A DNA stretch of 64,000 nt from Polyangiaceae bacterium (GTDB taxonomy: Bacteria; Myxococcota_A; Polyangia; Polyangiales; Polyangiaceae): positions 340,447 to 404,446 of the forward strand of contig JBNKBE010000002.1 in the NCBI GenBank assembly GCA_050287085.1. The letters are read 5' to 3'. Below are positions 37,811 to 46,715 of this stretch, piece by piece. Position 1 is the first letter of the stretch. Each line of letters starts with the position of its first letter. The notes beneath the pieces are model-generated. The model was not told the origin of the DNA. It made no database searches and saw only the letters and a program-made list of their open reading frames with translations. A program made the position numbers and the translations under genes.

Positions 37811-38175
37811 GATCTTGTTACTGGTTTGAGTCACCTGCCGCTTTCACCGCGCGAACATTGCGCCGGGGGCGGCGCCCGATGAATCGAATGCGCGGCGGCT
37901 AGCGGGGCGAGCCCAGGCCCCGCTCCTGGATGATTTCAGCGTTGCGAAGGTCGGCTCGCAGACGCTGCGGGCCGTTGCGAAGGGTGTTCGGCGTAGGCGG
38001 CAAATGCAGGGTCTGCGGGCAGCGCGAGCCCACCCGCAACAGGTAGCGGATGGATAGTGCCCCACGAAGGCACGGACCGCGGCGCGGATCGTTGAGGCCA
38101 GGTTCAGAAGTGCAGGTGTTGTCCGCCTCGCGACGGAGCCTAGATCCAATCTGAACTCTCATCTAGGCTAGAGCC

Positions 38176-39036
38176 ATGTGTCGTCTTTTCGGGTTCAGAA
38201 GTGTTGTGCAGAGCCAAGTGCATTCCTCGCTGGTTGCCGCTGAGAACGCGCTAGGGACCCAGAGCAACCAACATCCAGACGGTTGGGGCGTCGCCTACTA
38301 CGTCGACGGCTGTCCGCAGCTCACGCGCAGTCCGAGTCATGCGCTGGGAGATCAGCTCTTTCACCAGCTGAGCGCGGTCGTGGCGAGCCAGACTGTGCTG
38401 GCGCACGTCCGCAAGGCAACCCAGGGCGCCAACACGGTGCTCAACTGCCATCCGTTTCAACATGGTCGTTGGGTTTTCGCCCACAACGGTGACATCCCGA
38501 GCTTTCAGACCAGGCGGGATGCGCTGCTGCAACTCGTAGCACCTCGCCTTCGAGCCTTCATTCTGGGTGACACGGATAGCGAGCTATTGTTCTATATCTT
38601 GCTTTCGAAGCTCGCGGAGCGTTGCCCGCTCGATCGCTTCGCGGCGCTTTCCGATCTGCGGTCGGCCTCGCTCGAGGCTGTGGCGTTGGTTCGGCGCGTA
38701 ACAGACAGCGAAGGGGAGCGCGCACTCCTCACATTCATCATCACCGACGGTAGCTGCATGCTCGCCCACCACGGAGGCAAACCGCTATTTCTATCCACCT
38801 ACAAGCAACGCTGCTCCGAACGAGACCTGTGCCCCCATCTTCGTCCGGTGTGTGAAGCGCCGTCTGAAAGCGGATTTGTAAACCACTTCATCATTTCTAG
38901 CGAGCCGCTGGGAGGGGAGAACGTCTGGCAAGCCCTGACCGCAGAGCAGACCGTTGGCGTGGACGGTCGCATGCAGCTTCACTCCTCGGTGTCGCTCACC
39001 AGGGGGGCCGAGCCGATGCGCTTGCCCGTGGTCTAA
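38176..39036 (+). CDS. Class II glutamine amidotransferase (YafJ/EgtC-like Ntn hydrolase)
   Basis: N-terminal MCRLFG, HPDGWG, AHVRKATQG, NCHPF, FAHNG, GDTDSE and SSEPL. Confidence 0.9.
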   Translation: MCRLFGFRSVVQSQVHSSLVAAENALGTQSNQHPDGWGVAYYVDGCPQLTRSPSHALGDQLFHQLSAVVASQTVLAHVRKATQGANTVLNCHPFQHGRWVFAHNGDIPSFQTRRDALLQLVAPRLRAFILGDTDSELLFYILLSKLAERCPLDRFAALSDLRSASLEAVALVRRVTDSEGERALLTFIITDGSCMLAHHGGKPLFLSTYKQRCSERDLCPHLRPVCEAPSESGFVNHFIISSEPLGGENVWQALTAEQTVGVDGRMQLHSSVSLTRGAEPMRLPVV

Positions 39037-39053
39037 CTCTGGCGTGAGCAGGG

Positions 39054-39941
39054 CTAGAACAACATGACGTCGCCGGTTGCGTAGATTTCGCTGTTGTCGA
39101 CTTTCACGTGAGCGCGCTGAAAGCTAAACTCCACGTGCAACGTACCTCGACCATCAGATACTTCCACGCAGACGCTGGGTTTTCCCGCCGGATAGCTGAT
39201 GGTCAGCCCGCTACCGGCAAAGATCAACGGCAAGCCCACGCGCAGGTCGGTCAGGTAGGAGCCGCAATCATTCTTGATTCTGCCAACGATCTGATTGGCA
39301 ATTTCACCGAGCACCTCCCGCACCAAGGTGCCGGCCCCTTCGCTTTCCTCAAAGCCTAGGTCTAGGCCCAGGGCGAGCAGATGCTCTTGAGTGCCGCTGA
39401 CAAGCACGTGTCCGGCCGCGTTATCACCCATGAACGGCAATAGGGCAGTATGCCCGCTGGGCAGAATACTGTTGAGCTTATACCAGGGGTGTCCCACATC
39501 GACGCTTGCCTGGAAGGTGGTTGCCATCACCGCGTTGGAGCCGGATACCAGTGTCAACGTGAGACTCGGTGGGTACAGATCCTCGGGAATGAGCGGAGCG
39601 ATGGTCTCCAGCAGTTCGTCTTTTCCGACGGGGCCCGGCAAGAGGGCGTTGGTCTCCATCATGCCAAAATCCGGCTCTTCCCCGTCCTCGGGCAGTATCC
39701 AGACGACAGGGAGATCGGCCGCGTGGGCGCGCAGTTGAGCCAGCGTCTCTGGGCTGACGTGTGGGTTGCCGCCGTCGACGACAACCAACGAAAGCTTGGT
39801 GCGCGAGCAGACGAACGAGATCGCCTCTTCAGGCGTCGCCGTCAGGCTGATCCGATACTCATCGCCAAGGAGCTCCTGTCCCACGCTGGCGAGCGGGCTG
39901 CTCGGCTCGGCCAGCAGCAGTAAACACTTCTCGGCGCTCAC
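39054..39941 (-). CDS. Degenerate receiver domain fused to a CheX-like domain
   Basis: N-terminal receiver-like pattern (TPEEAI..LSLVVVD..LPVVWI); C-terminal GEIANQIVG (E-x2-N) and GLPLIFAG. Confidence 0.65.
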   Translation of the reverse strand: MSAEKCLLLLAEPSSPLASVGQELLGDEYRISLTATPEEAISFVCSRTKLSLVVVDGGNPHVSPETLAQLRAHAADLPVVWILPEDGEEPDFGMMETNALLPGPVGKDELLETIAPLIPEDLYPPSLTLTLVSGSNAVMATTFQASVDVGHPWYKLNSILPSGHTALLPFMGDNAAGHVLVSGTQEHLLALGLDLGFEESEGAGTLVREVLGEIANQIVGRIKNDCGSYLTDLRVGLPLIFAGSGLTISYPAGKPSVCVEVSDGRGTLHVEFSFQRAHVKVDNSEIYATGDVMLF

Positions 39942-40131
39942 TGCTCCTCCTGTCGCGGCGTTTTCACACCTCTAGTAGCGGCCGCTTGGGGTGGGCTTTT
40001 AAGAGTTCTTAGTAGCCAACCCGCGTTCTCGGGGCCCGCCCCTGCCGGCGGCGGGGTCGAATCCCGATCGGCATAGCTCAGACGGGGCATGGTCGAACCA
40101 GGCCCGCCCGCCTCCGGTTGCTCTCGCACCG

Positions 40132-41139
40132 TCAGTCTTGAAGGACGATCTCCAGTTCGAATGCTTCGCCGTCTGCAGCCGGTGAAGCCTCCTCCTCTGG
40201 GGTGCGTTGCGATTGGCGCACCGCGTGCGCAGCAAGCGCCGTCAGTCCGCGCTGGGCGAGCCGGTAGGGTATCGCGCTGCGATGACAGTGGCCCGCTCCA
40301 GCGAGTACAACGAGCTTGCGACGAGTTCCGCCGCGGAGCCATCGCGCACCGATCTCGGCCATATGGGTATCCCACAGGACCTGCGCGGCATATAGGTGCT
40401 CCGGGGACATGCCACCGTGTGAGCCGTTGGGGTGGCTGGGTGAGTTCTTCGGGGTGCTGGCAGGGTCAGGTGAGGGCGTCAGCGCTACCCCCAGTGCCGC
40501 TGCAAAGAACTCACGGTGTGGGCGGTAGCTCAGATCCAGGAAGTCGGCGCCAAGAGGTGTATCCGCGAGCGCGCCGGGACCGCGGCGGGCGACAGCCTTT
40601 ACCCACGCCCGCGGCGCATTGAGAGCCACCCAATCCGCTCCGAGGCGCGCGGCGCTCTGCATCGCCGGCCGGTAATACTGAAAAGAGTAGCCCCACTCGT
40701 GTTGCCAATCGGCTTGCGCCAAGAAGTCTTGCTCTGAGATGCGACTCGTGCGGAAGCGGTCCAACGCTTCTTGCTTGGAGGTGCTCAGCATCTCGAGTCC
40801 GAGGCCAAGCTGGTAGCCCTGTTGGCGGAGCAGGTATCCGAGGCGCAGTACCAGTTGCCACTCGATATACTGGTGCACGGCGCTGCCATGCTGCTCCCCG
40901 ATACAGACGGCGTCCACTTCTGACAGGGCCCGCAGCAATTGGACTTCGTCCAGAGGGCGCCCCGCGTGCAGGGCATAATAGGGCGCAGCGCTTCTCGCGA
41001 TCACGTCCCGCGCGACGGGTGCCGCCGCCGTCTGCGTCTGCTGGGCCGCGGCGCACCCGAGCAGGGTGCAGGCCGCAACCACGAGCCGCCACGTTCGAAG
41101 GCACGGGCGCAAGCCAGGCTGATCAGTAGCTGCGCTCAC
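40132..41139 (-). CDS. ChaN-family lipoprotein
   Basis: Lipobox LLGC; VCIGEQH, LGLEML, W..EWGYSFQYYRP, ALNAPR, AQVLWDTHMA and LAGAGH. Start approximate. Confidence 0.85.
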   Translation of the reverse strand: MSAATDQPGLRPCLRTWRLVVAACTLLGCAAAQQTQTAAAPVARDVIARSAAPYYALHAGRPLDEVQLLRALSEVDAVCIGEQHGSAVHQYIEWQLVLRLGYLLRQQGYQLGLGLEMLSTSKQEALDRFRTSRISEQDFLAQADWQHEWGYSFQYYRPAMQSAARLGADWVALNAPRAWVKAVARRGPGALADTPLGADFLDLSYRPHREFFAAALGVALTPSPDPASTPKNSPSHPNGSHGGMSPEHLYAAQVLWDTHMAEIGARWLRGGTRRKLVVLAGAGHCHRSAIPYRLAQRGLTALAAHAVRQSQRTPEEEASPAADGEAFELEIVLQD

Positions 41140-43498
41140 GAAGTTCCTTCGGCAAAAGAGGGCTCGGTTTTCCGCTGGCAAGTAGCCAGAGCTGGTGTGC
41201 GGCGCGCGTGGCTGCGATGTGGAGCAGGTGGCGGGCCTCGTCCTCCGCAGCGTAGGTAGTCTCGCTAACCTCGACCAATACGACGTAGTCGAACTCGAGT
41301 CCTTTGACCTGCCGCACGTCCGTAACGTCGATGCCCGGTTTGAAAGGAAAGTCTTGCGCTGCGATTCGCCGGATGCGCGGCGTCTCGGCCTTGTCGAGGC
41401 CAAGATAGATGAGGTCCGCCTGCTCCGGATAGCGCGCAATTACGGCAACGGACGCTTGGGGTTCAGCTGAGAATAGCTCCCTCAAGGCCTCGGAGAGGAA
41501 AGCGACGGAGTCACCCAAGTCTGCGAAGCGGAATAGTTCTACGGGAGCCCCTTTACGGGTTGCTACGGGGGCTTCTTCATCGGAGAGAGGGCCCAGCACC
41601 GCGCGAGAAAACTCCACGATTTCGGCCGTAGAGCGATAACTCAACTTGAGCGGTTCGACCTCGACGTGCGCTAGCCCAAGTTCCTGCAGCGTGTCCTTCC
41701 AACCCGTGAATCCGTTGTCCATGTGCAGGCGCTGCGCGACGTCGCCTGCAAGCGTGACGCTACGCGCTTTGCTGACGCAGCCAAGGATCATTCTCATCTC
41801 GAGTGGACTTAGATCCTGGGCTTCGTCTACGAGCACATGTTCGTAGACGAGGGCTTCGTTGGTTTGGGCCTTCCGAATCGGGCCGCGCAGACGCTGCCAC
41901 AAGAGCAACAGCAGAGTGTCATCTTCGACATCCAAGGTTGCGGCTTCTTCGCTGCCGTGGTCGACAGCGTTCTCCTCATCCGACGTCGGCGTGCTTTCGC
42001 GCTCGGCTTTCACGTCGTGCTCGTTCAGGATGGCGCTGATCCTGCGTCGGCACCAACTCAGGGCGCGTTCAAACTCCTTGCCATTCAGAGCATTGGGCCG
42101 CGCTGCAAATGCGGAGCGCAGCAGCGCATCGTCGGTCAGTAGGTCGATCCAAGCATGCACGAGGTTGTGCGATTTGGCCGTTGCTCGCTGCAGCTCGCGT
42201 TCGATGTTGTGCTGCTGACCGCGTGAGAGCTTTGCGCTGTGTCCTTGCGCCCAGCGCTTGATCGCGGCGATACGGTGGGCAAGGGGGCCCCCGGCGCTTC
42301 GTTCCCATTGGGCTTGGAGCTCCGCGCCCGACTCCGGATTATCGCTCACCGCGTGAGCAAAACGCGCGATGAACCCGTCAGCCAGCTTCTCCACGTAGGC
42401 GTCAATTGCGACGAGCAGGGCTGGATGCTTCTTGAATCGCGTCACCACGGCCGGTGTGTCGGCAGCGTAGTGCTTCGGCAGTCCGGGGATCAGTTGACGC
42501 CTTAGCTGCGCCGCCAGGGCCTCGTAGGTTCGAACGGCGACGCCATTTACGTCCAGTGCTGGCAGTACCTGGGCGATGTAGCGAGCTAGGGCGTCGTTGA
42601 AGACCACCACCAGCATCTTGTCAGGTCGGAAGCGTCGACGATCCTGGAATGCGAGGTATGCCAGGCGATGCAGACCGATGGTGGTCTTGCCGCTGCCAGC
42701 TCCGCCCTGGATGACGACCAGACCCGAGTCTGGCTTGGTGATCAGATCAAACTGCCTCGGGTCGATCAGCGCAGTGATCTCCTTCAGGTGCTTGTCCTCA
42801 CCCGCATCGAAGCTCATGCCCACGCCGAGTTGTGTCGGCTTTTGGTGATGGCTGGCGCGAGTTGCGGCCCCTTGTCCGCCGGCAAGTCTGAGATTTCCGC
42901 CGCCTGTTTGCCAATGGCCGTTCTCCGGACGTAGCAGCGTTGCTTGTGGGCACACAATACGTCGTAGCCGGCGTTCGACGATCGTTACGCTGCGGCGCAC
43001 CGCGACCTGGCCTTCCACGTCCCGTCCCCCGAACTCCTCTTCGTAGTCCTCGCCTTCTGCGTAGCGATAATACAGTCGGCTTACCGGGGCGTCTCGCCAG
43101 TCGACGATGCGGACCCCAGCGCGGGCATCGAGATAGGTGGAGCGTCCAATAAGGACCTCGCGTTGACGCTCTCCTTCACGCAGTACCATTCGGCCGAAGT
43201 ACGGCGAGCTGGGGTCAATGAAGCCTTGGGTGAGCTCCCGCTGGCGGGCCGCGATGCCCTGCAGGCGTTCCATTTGCTCGAGAAGCGGAGGCACGTCTTC
43301 GGTGCGGGCTGCGGCAATCTCGTCCCGCAAGCCAAGCAACTGTTGGTCGTAGTCCACCCGCTTCTCGACGGTCGCGTTGTTCTTCCGTTCATCTGCGTGC
43401 AGCAGAATTCGCTGCAGGCAGCGCTCCTCGTCTTGGGCGATGGTTTGCAGCTCGTCGGACAAGTCCGACGAGGTGGTGGGGGGACTGCCTGGATTCAC
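41123..43498 (-). CDS. HelD-like SF1 ATPase (RNA polymerase recycling motor family)
   Basis: SPYFGR, VDWRDAPVSRLYY, QGGAGSGKTTIGLHRLAYL, VDEAQD, LAGDVAQ, SYRST, KGLEFD and ATRA. GTG start inferred. Confidence 0.8.
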   Translation of the reverse strand: MNPGSPPTTSSDLSDELQTIAQDEERCLQRILLHADERKNNATVEKRVDYDQQLLGLRDEIAAARTEDVPPLLEQMERLQGIAARQRELTQGFIDPSSPYFGRMVLREGERQREVLIGRSTYLDARAGVRIVDWRDAPVSRLYYRYAEGEDYEEEFGGRDVEGQVAVRRSVTIVERRLRRIVCPQATLLRPENGHWQTGGGNLRLAGGQGAATRASHHQKPTQLGVGMSFDAGEDKHLKEITALIDPRQFDLITKPDSGLVVIQGGAGSGKTTIGLHRLAYLAFQDRRRFRPDKMLVVVFNDALARYIAQVLPALDVNGVAVRTYEALAAQLRRQLIPGLPKHYAADTPAVVTRFKKHPALLVAIDAYVEKLADGFIARFAHAVSDNPESGAELQAQWERSAGGPLAHRIAAIKRWAQGHSAKLSRGQQHNIERELQRATAKSHNLVHAWIDLLTDDALLRSAFAARPNALNGKEFERALSWCRRRISAILNEHDVKAERESTPTSDEENAVDHGSEEAATLDVEDDTLLLLLWQRLRGPIRKAQTNEALVYEHVLVDEAQDLSPLEMRMILGCVSKARSVTLAGDVAQRLHMDNGFTGWKDTLQELGLAHVEVEPLKLSYRSTAEIVEFSRAVLGPLSDEEAPVATRKGAPVELFRFADLGDSVAFLSEALRELFSAEPQASVAVIARYPEQADLIYLGLDKAETPRIRRIAAQDFPFKPGIDVTDVRQVKGLEFDYVVLVEVSETTYAAEDEARHLLHIAATRAAHQLWLLASGKPSPLLPKELRERSY

Positions 43499-43642
43499 GC
43501 GTGCTGCCTCGCTCGGTCCGTTGTGGAGAGGAACGGAGCGACGTAGCACCTTTCCCTGTGGCTCGCAGTCGTTTTTTGGGTGAGCGCAGGGCCTTCGCTC
43601 CTGCTGCATGCCGGCCGTCGACAAAAAGCCTTTTGAGAGTCC

Positions 43643-43678
43643 TTGTGGCGCAGGAATTCGGCGTATAATTCGCCACAA
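43643..43678 (+). promoter_or_regulatory. Perfect TATAAT enclosed by an 8-bp inverted repeat
   Basis: TTGTGGCG (43643-50) ... TATAAT (43664-69) ... CGCCACAA (43671-78), running into the ATG at 43678. Confidence 0.5.
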
Positions 43679-44322
43679 TGGTCAACAAGCAGGCGGCTCT
43701 GGACGCCGTTCGTGATTATCTGATGCGCCATCCCGAGGAGTTGCTGCGCGTCGCAAAAAACGCGTTCCTTCTTCGCGTGGGCCTACCGCTTGACGCTCTG
43801 CGGTGGCTTGTCGGCCAAGTAGGCGGCAAGAAGGCACCCCGCGACGTGCAGATCGAGGCGGTGCCCCCCGGGATCCGCATCGGGGCCACCGTGGACGCTA
43901 TGGGGGCCACGCTGCGTGCCTCGCTGGTGGTCTACATCGAAGAGATCAGCCTGAATGCCGACGAGATGCGCTTCGAGATCCGGCTGGAGGATATCGACGT
44001 CAAGGTGCTCAAGTCAGGTGACTCTCCGGTTGCAGCTCTCCTACAGTCCGGGGCACTCGACTTGAGCAAGGCCGGCAATCTGGTGGCCCACCTGCCGAAG
44101 CGTCCCGCGTTCCTCGTGGCTGCTAAGGATGACCGTATCACGATCGACCTGATGAAACACCCCGCGCTCAAGAACCAGAAGGTGGAGCGCTTGGTAGGGC
44201 TGATCACGCCGTTCTTGAGCGTTGGCGCCATCCGTACTGAGTGGGAGCACCTCGATGTTGTCTTCAAGCCCTTCCAGTCGGGCTTCAAGCAAGCTATCGA
44301 CTCCGTGCGGCGCATATTGTGA
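43678..44322 (+). CDS. Hypothetical protein
   Basis: 214-aa ORF with GC-rich third codon positions and globular composition; no family recognised. Confidence 0.8.
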   Translation: MVNKQAALDAVRDYLMRHPEELLRVAKNAFLLRVGLPLDALRWLVGQVGGKKAPRDVQIEAVPPGIRIGATVDAMGATLRASLVVYIEEISLNADEMRFEIRLEDIDVKVLKSGDSPVAALLQSGALDLSKAGNLVAHLPKRPAFLVAAKDDRITIDLMKHPALKNQKVERLVGLITPFLSVGAIRTEWEHLDVVFKPFQSGFKQAIDSVRRIL

Positions 44323-44359
44323 CGGCTTAGGGTAAGGGCGTACCGAAGCCCCCCGTTCC

Positions 44360-44515
44360 GTCGTCGACAGCGACAGGCGAAGCGGCGTTGGGCCGTTCCG
44401 TGGCCGAGGGCGGGGCGGTATGGCGAAGCAGCCTTGGGTCGCTCGGTCGCCGATAGCGACAGGCGAAGCGACCTTGGGCCTTTCCGTGGCCGAGGGCGGT
44501 AGGGCGAAGCGGCCT
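44360..44515. repeat. Degenerate intergenic direct repeat (two copies of about 70-75 nt)
   Basis: AGCGACAGGCGAAGCG..TTGGGCC.TTCCGTGGCCGAGGGCGG occurs twice about 86 nt apart; GGCGAAGC recurs four times. Confidence 0.8.
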
Positions 44516-44533
44516 GCCGCCTGCAGCTGGCTT

Positions 44534-46339
44534 TTAGCGGCTACGCGCCCTATCGGGGCCGCGCAACGACCGCAGCCATTTCGTCACGGACGCGCGATTG
44601 AGGGGGCGAGAAAACGCATAGATCGCACACAGCCCCATCGTGAAGTAGAGATAGCTGAGCGCCGCGTAGCGGTCATCGATCCAATAGAAGTGCTTGAGCA
44701 GGACCTGGCTGCCCGCCGCTGTTAATACGAGTGCGACGCCAACGGCAGGACGCAAGCGGGCGAGGGCCGCCAGTGGCACGAAAATCACGTAGTAATAACA
44801 CGTGAGGTTGGTCATGCTCATCACCAGCGGCACGCTCAGAGGGAGGCCGAGCCAGAAGTGGTTCGAGCGGTGCAACGCCCAGGCGATCCACGCCATCAGC
44901 GCACCCCACCACAACACTACGGCCGGCGTCCACGCCGCTTTGCGCTCGGCTCTGCCCTGCTTCCAAGGTTCGAACGCATCGTCGTAGCTATCGTCCCGGG
45001 TAAAACGCATGCGTCCGTCCCAGCTATGGACGAGCATGGTCTCAAGCCCCATGTGGTTTGTCAGCGGCGTATTCTTATGCAGCGAGATATGACTCGCGAA
45101 TTCCTTGTACGCGTCGACGCCCGTGACTGAAAGCGTGGTGGGGATGATGATGGCAAGCGCGATCGCCACCCCGCCAATGAAGCGCTTATGACTCGGATGC
45201 AGTTTGCGGTGACGGAGCCAGTAGGTCGCAATCATCACGGCCCAACCGAACCCGGCTCCCAGCGGAAAGACGCGGATCAGCCCTGCCCAGATGAACGCAG
45301 CCCCTGCGAGAGCGAAGTGCTTCTTCTTGGCTAGGCACACGCTGGCCACAAAGAGGAACGCCCAGTCGTGGCGAAGGAACGCGCCTCCGGTCCAGTAGAA
45401 ATTAGCTGCCGTGTTGGTACCCCAGAACACGGAAGCGAGGGCTGTGACCCGCCAACCAAAAGCCCAACGCAGCAAGACAAGGATTCCGATGTGAAACATC
45501 ACGTCGATCCCAGCCAGCCACTTGAAGAGGGCATCACTCGCAGGGCCCAGCTGCGTGAAGGCCTTACCAACAACGGTCCAGACCGGCGGCGGGTTATAGC
45601 CGTGGTCTTTCTTCATGTTGTTCCAGTAGTCACCCCTTGCGGAGGACCGGAACCACTTGACGTCGTTCTTGAAGGCGAGCCAGCGATCGGCCGTGAAGTG
45701 ATCCGTGCACTGCGCCGGATCTTTGAACACGTACGTGTCCTTGATGGGCCGAATCAGGTTCTTGGCGCCGAGGTCGCGGAGTTCTTGTTTGGCGATGTCC
45801 GCGCGGTGTCCAAGCTCTATCTCAGCGATCGCCGTGCATTCATAGATCCGGCTGTAGCCAAGCTCCTCGGAATACTTGGACCCGAGATAGTAGTGAAAGA
45901 ACTCGTGCCGGTGGTAGTAGTTGACGTAGCGAGTATTCGGATTGAAGAACCCGAAATACGACAGGAAGCCGAGCGCCGTAAGCGCCATGCAGAACTTCGC
46001 TGCCGTTTGACGCGAGACCTTGAAACCCACCCGTCGCAGCACTTGCTCGACGACGATCAGCCCAGCGGTTATCAGCGCAAGCGCGACGCCAAAGCCGTAG
46101 AGGAAGTTCTCGAAGTTGTTCCGTTGGAGCAGCGCACCATCCCAACGGTGAAAAAACAGGCGCGAAAGCCAACTCTCCGAGTCCGCCGCAGCGAGCGACG
46201 CCACCACAGAACTCGCGTCGGTGGACTGGACGGCGAGCGCGTGGCTCATCGACCACGCTGAAGCGCCGAAGCTTCTCACTACCGCCTCGGCAAGAGACAA
46301 CACTTCTCCGGGGGCGTGAAGCCAATCGAGGAGGCTCAT
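44534..46339 (-). CDS. Polytopic membrane protein, GT-C (GT87-like) glycosyltransferase candidate
   Basis: About ten TM helices; a large periplasmic loop after the first helices ending in GYNPPPVW; acidic residues at loop starts. Confidence 0.6.
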   Translation of the reverse strand: MSLLDWLHAPGEVLSLAEAVVRSFGASAWSMSHALAVQSTDASSVVASLAAADSESWLSRLFFHRWDGALLQRNNFENFLYGFGVALALITAGLIVVEQVLRRVGFKVSRQTAAKFCMALTALGFLSYFGFFNPNTRYVNYYHRHEFFHYYLGSKYSEELGYSRIYECTAIAEIELGHRADIAKQELRDLGAKNLIRPIKDTYVFKDPAQCTDHFTADRWLAFKNDVKWFRSSARGDYWNNMKKDHGYNPPPVWTVVGKAFTQLGPASDALFKWLAGIDVMFHIGILVLLRWAFGWRVTALASVFWGTNTAANFYWTGGAFLRHDWAFLFVASVCLAKKKHFALAGAAFIWAGLIRVFPLGAGFGWAVMIATYWLRHRKLHPSHKRFIGGVAIALAIIIPTTLSVTGVDAYKEFASHISLHKNTPLTNHMGLETMLVHSWDGRMRFTRDDSYDDAFEPWKQGRAERKAAWTPAVVLWWGALMAWIAWALHRSNHFWLGLPLSVPLVMSMTNLTCYYYVIFVPLAALARLRPAVGVALVLTAAGSQVLLKHFYWIDDRYAALSYLYFTMGLCAIYAFSRPLNRASVTKWLRSLRGPDRARSR

Positions 46340-46381
46340 GGCGGTGCTTCAGCTAGTCTTCGAGCGAGGGAACCCGCAGGT

Positions 46382-46546
46382 TCAGGACGAAGCGTCGGCG
46401 GCTGGTTCGCTGGCCTTGGCTCGCCGGTCGAGCGCCTGCTGTAGACCACAGCGAACGCGCGCGCGGCGCTTCATGTTCTTCTTCTTGGAGGGGGTGGAGA
46501 GCCACACGTGGCGCTTGCGAACATCCCAAAGTGCGCGATTTGACAT
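46382..46546 (-). CDS. Small basic protein (54 aa), bS21-C-terminal-like; absent from the ORF track
   Basis: Hand translation: MSNRALWDVRKRHVWLSTPSKKKNMKRRARVRCGLQQALDRRAKASEPAADASS. RBS AAGAGGA lies 5 nt before the ATG. Confidence 0.7.
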   Translation of the reverse strand: MSNRALWDVRKRHVWLSTPSKKKNMKRRARVRCGLQQALDRRAKASEPAADASS

Positions 46547-46570
46547 ACAGTTCCTCTTAACGGGGTGGGA

Positions 46571-46599
46571 GTGCTAGCCCAGCGGGGGTCAACTTGCAA
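46571..46599 (-). promoter_or_regulatory. Candidate sigma70 promoter of the small basic ORF
   Basis: TTGCAA-17 nt-TAGCAC on the minus strand, between the Mrp terminator and the RBS. Confidence 0.45.
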
Positions 46600-46637
46600 G
46601 CCGGTTGTCCCGCTTTATGCCTTCCGCCCAACAGGTG

Positions 46638-46659
46638 AAAAAAAGGGTGAGCATCACCC
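46638..46659 (-). terminator. Intrinsic terminator of the Mrp operon
   Basis: The minus strand reads GGGTGA-TGC-TCACCC followed by T7, about 55 nt after the last mrpD stop. Confidence 0.7.
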
Positions 46660-46715
46660 GCTGCCGAGTGAGCGACGGTGAAAATGTGAAAGCCAGGGGC
46701 TTCGACGCCGATACG

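Noticed and set aside
44340..44520. Possible mini-CRISPR or IS end
   Set aside because: The segments between cores are themselves repeated, and there is no transposase, terminal inverted repeat or target duplication.
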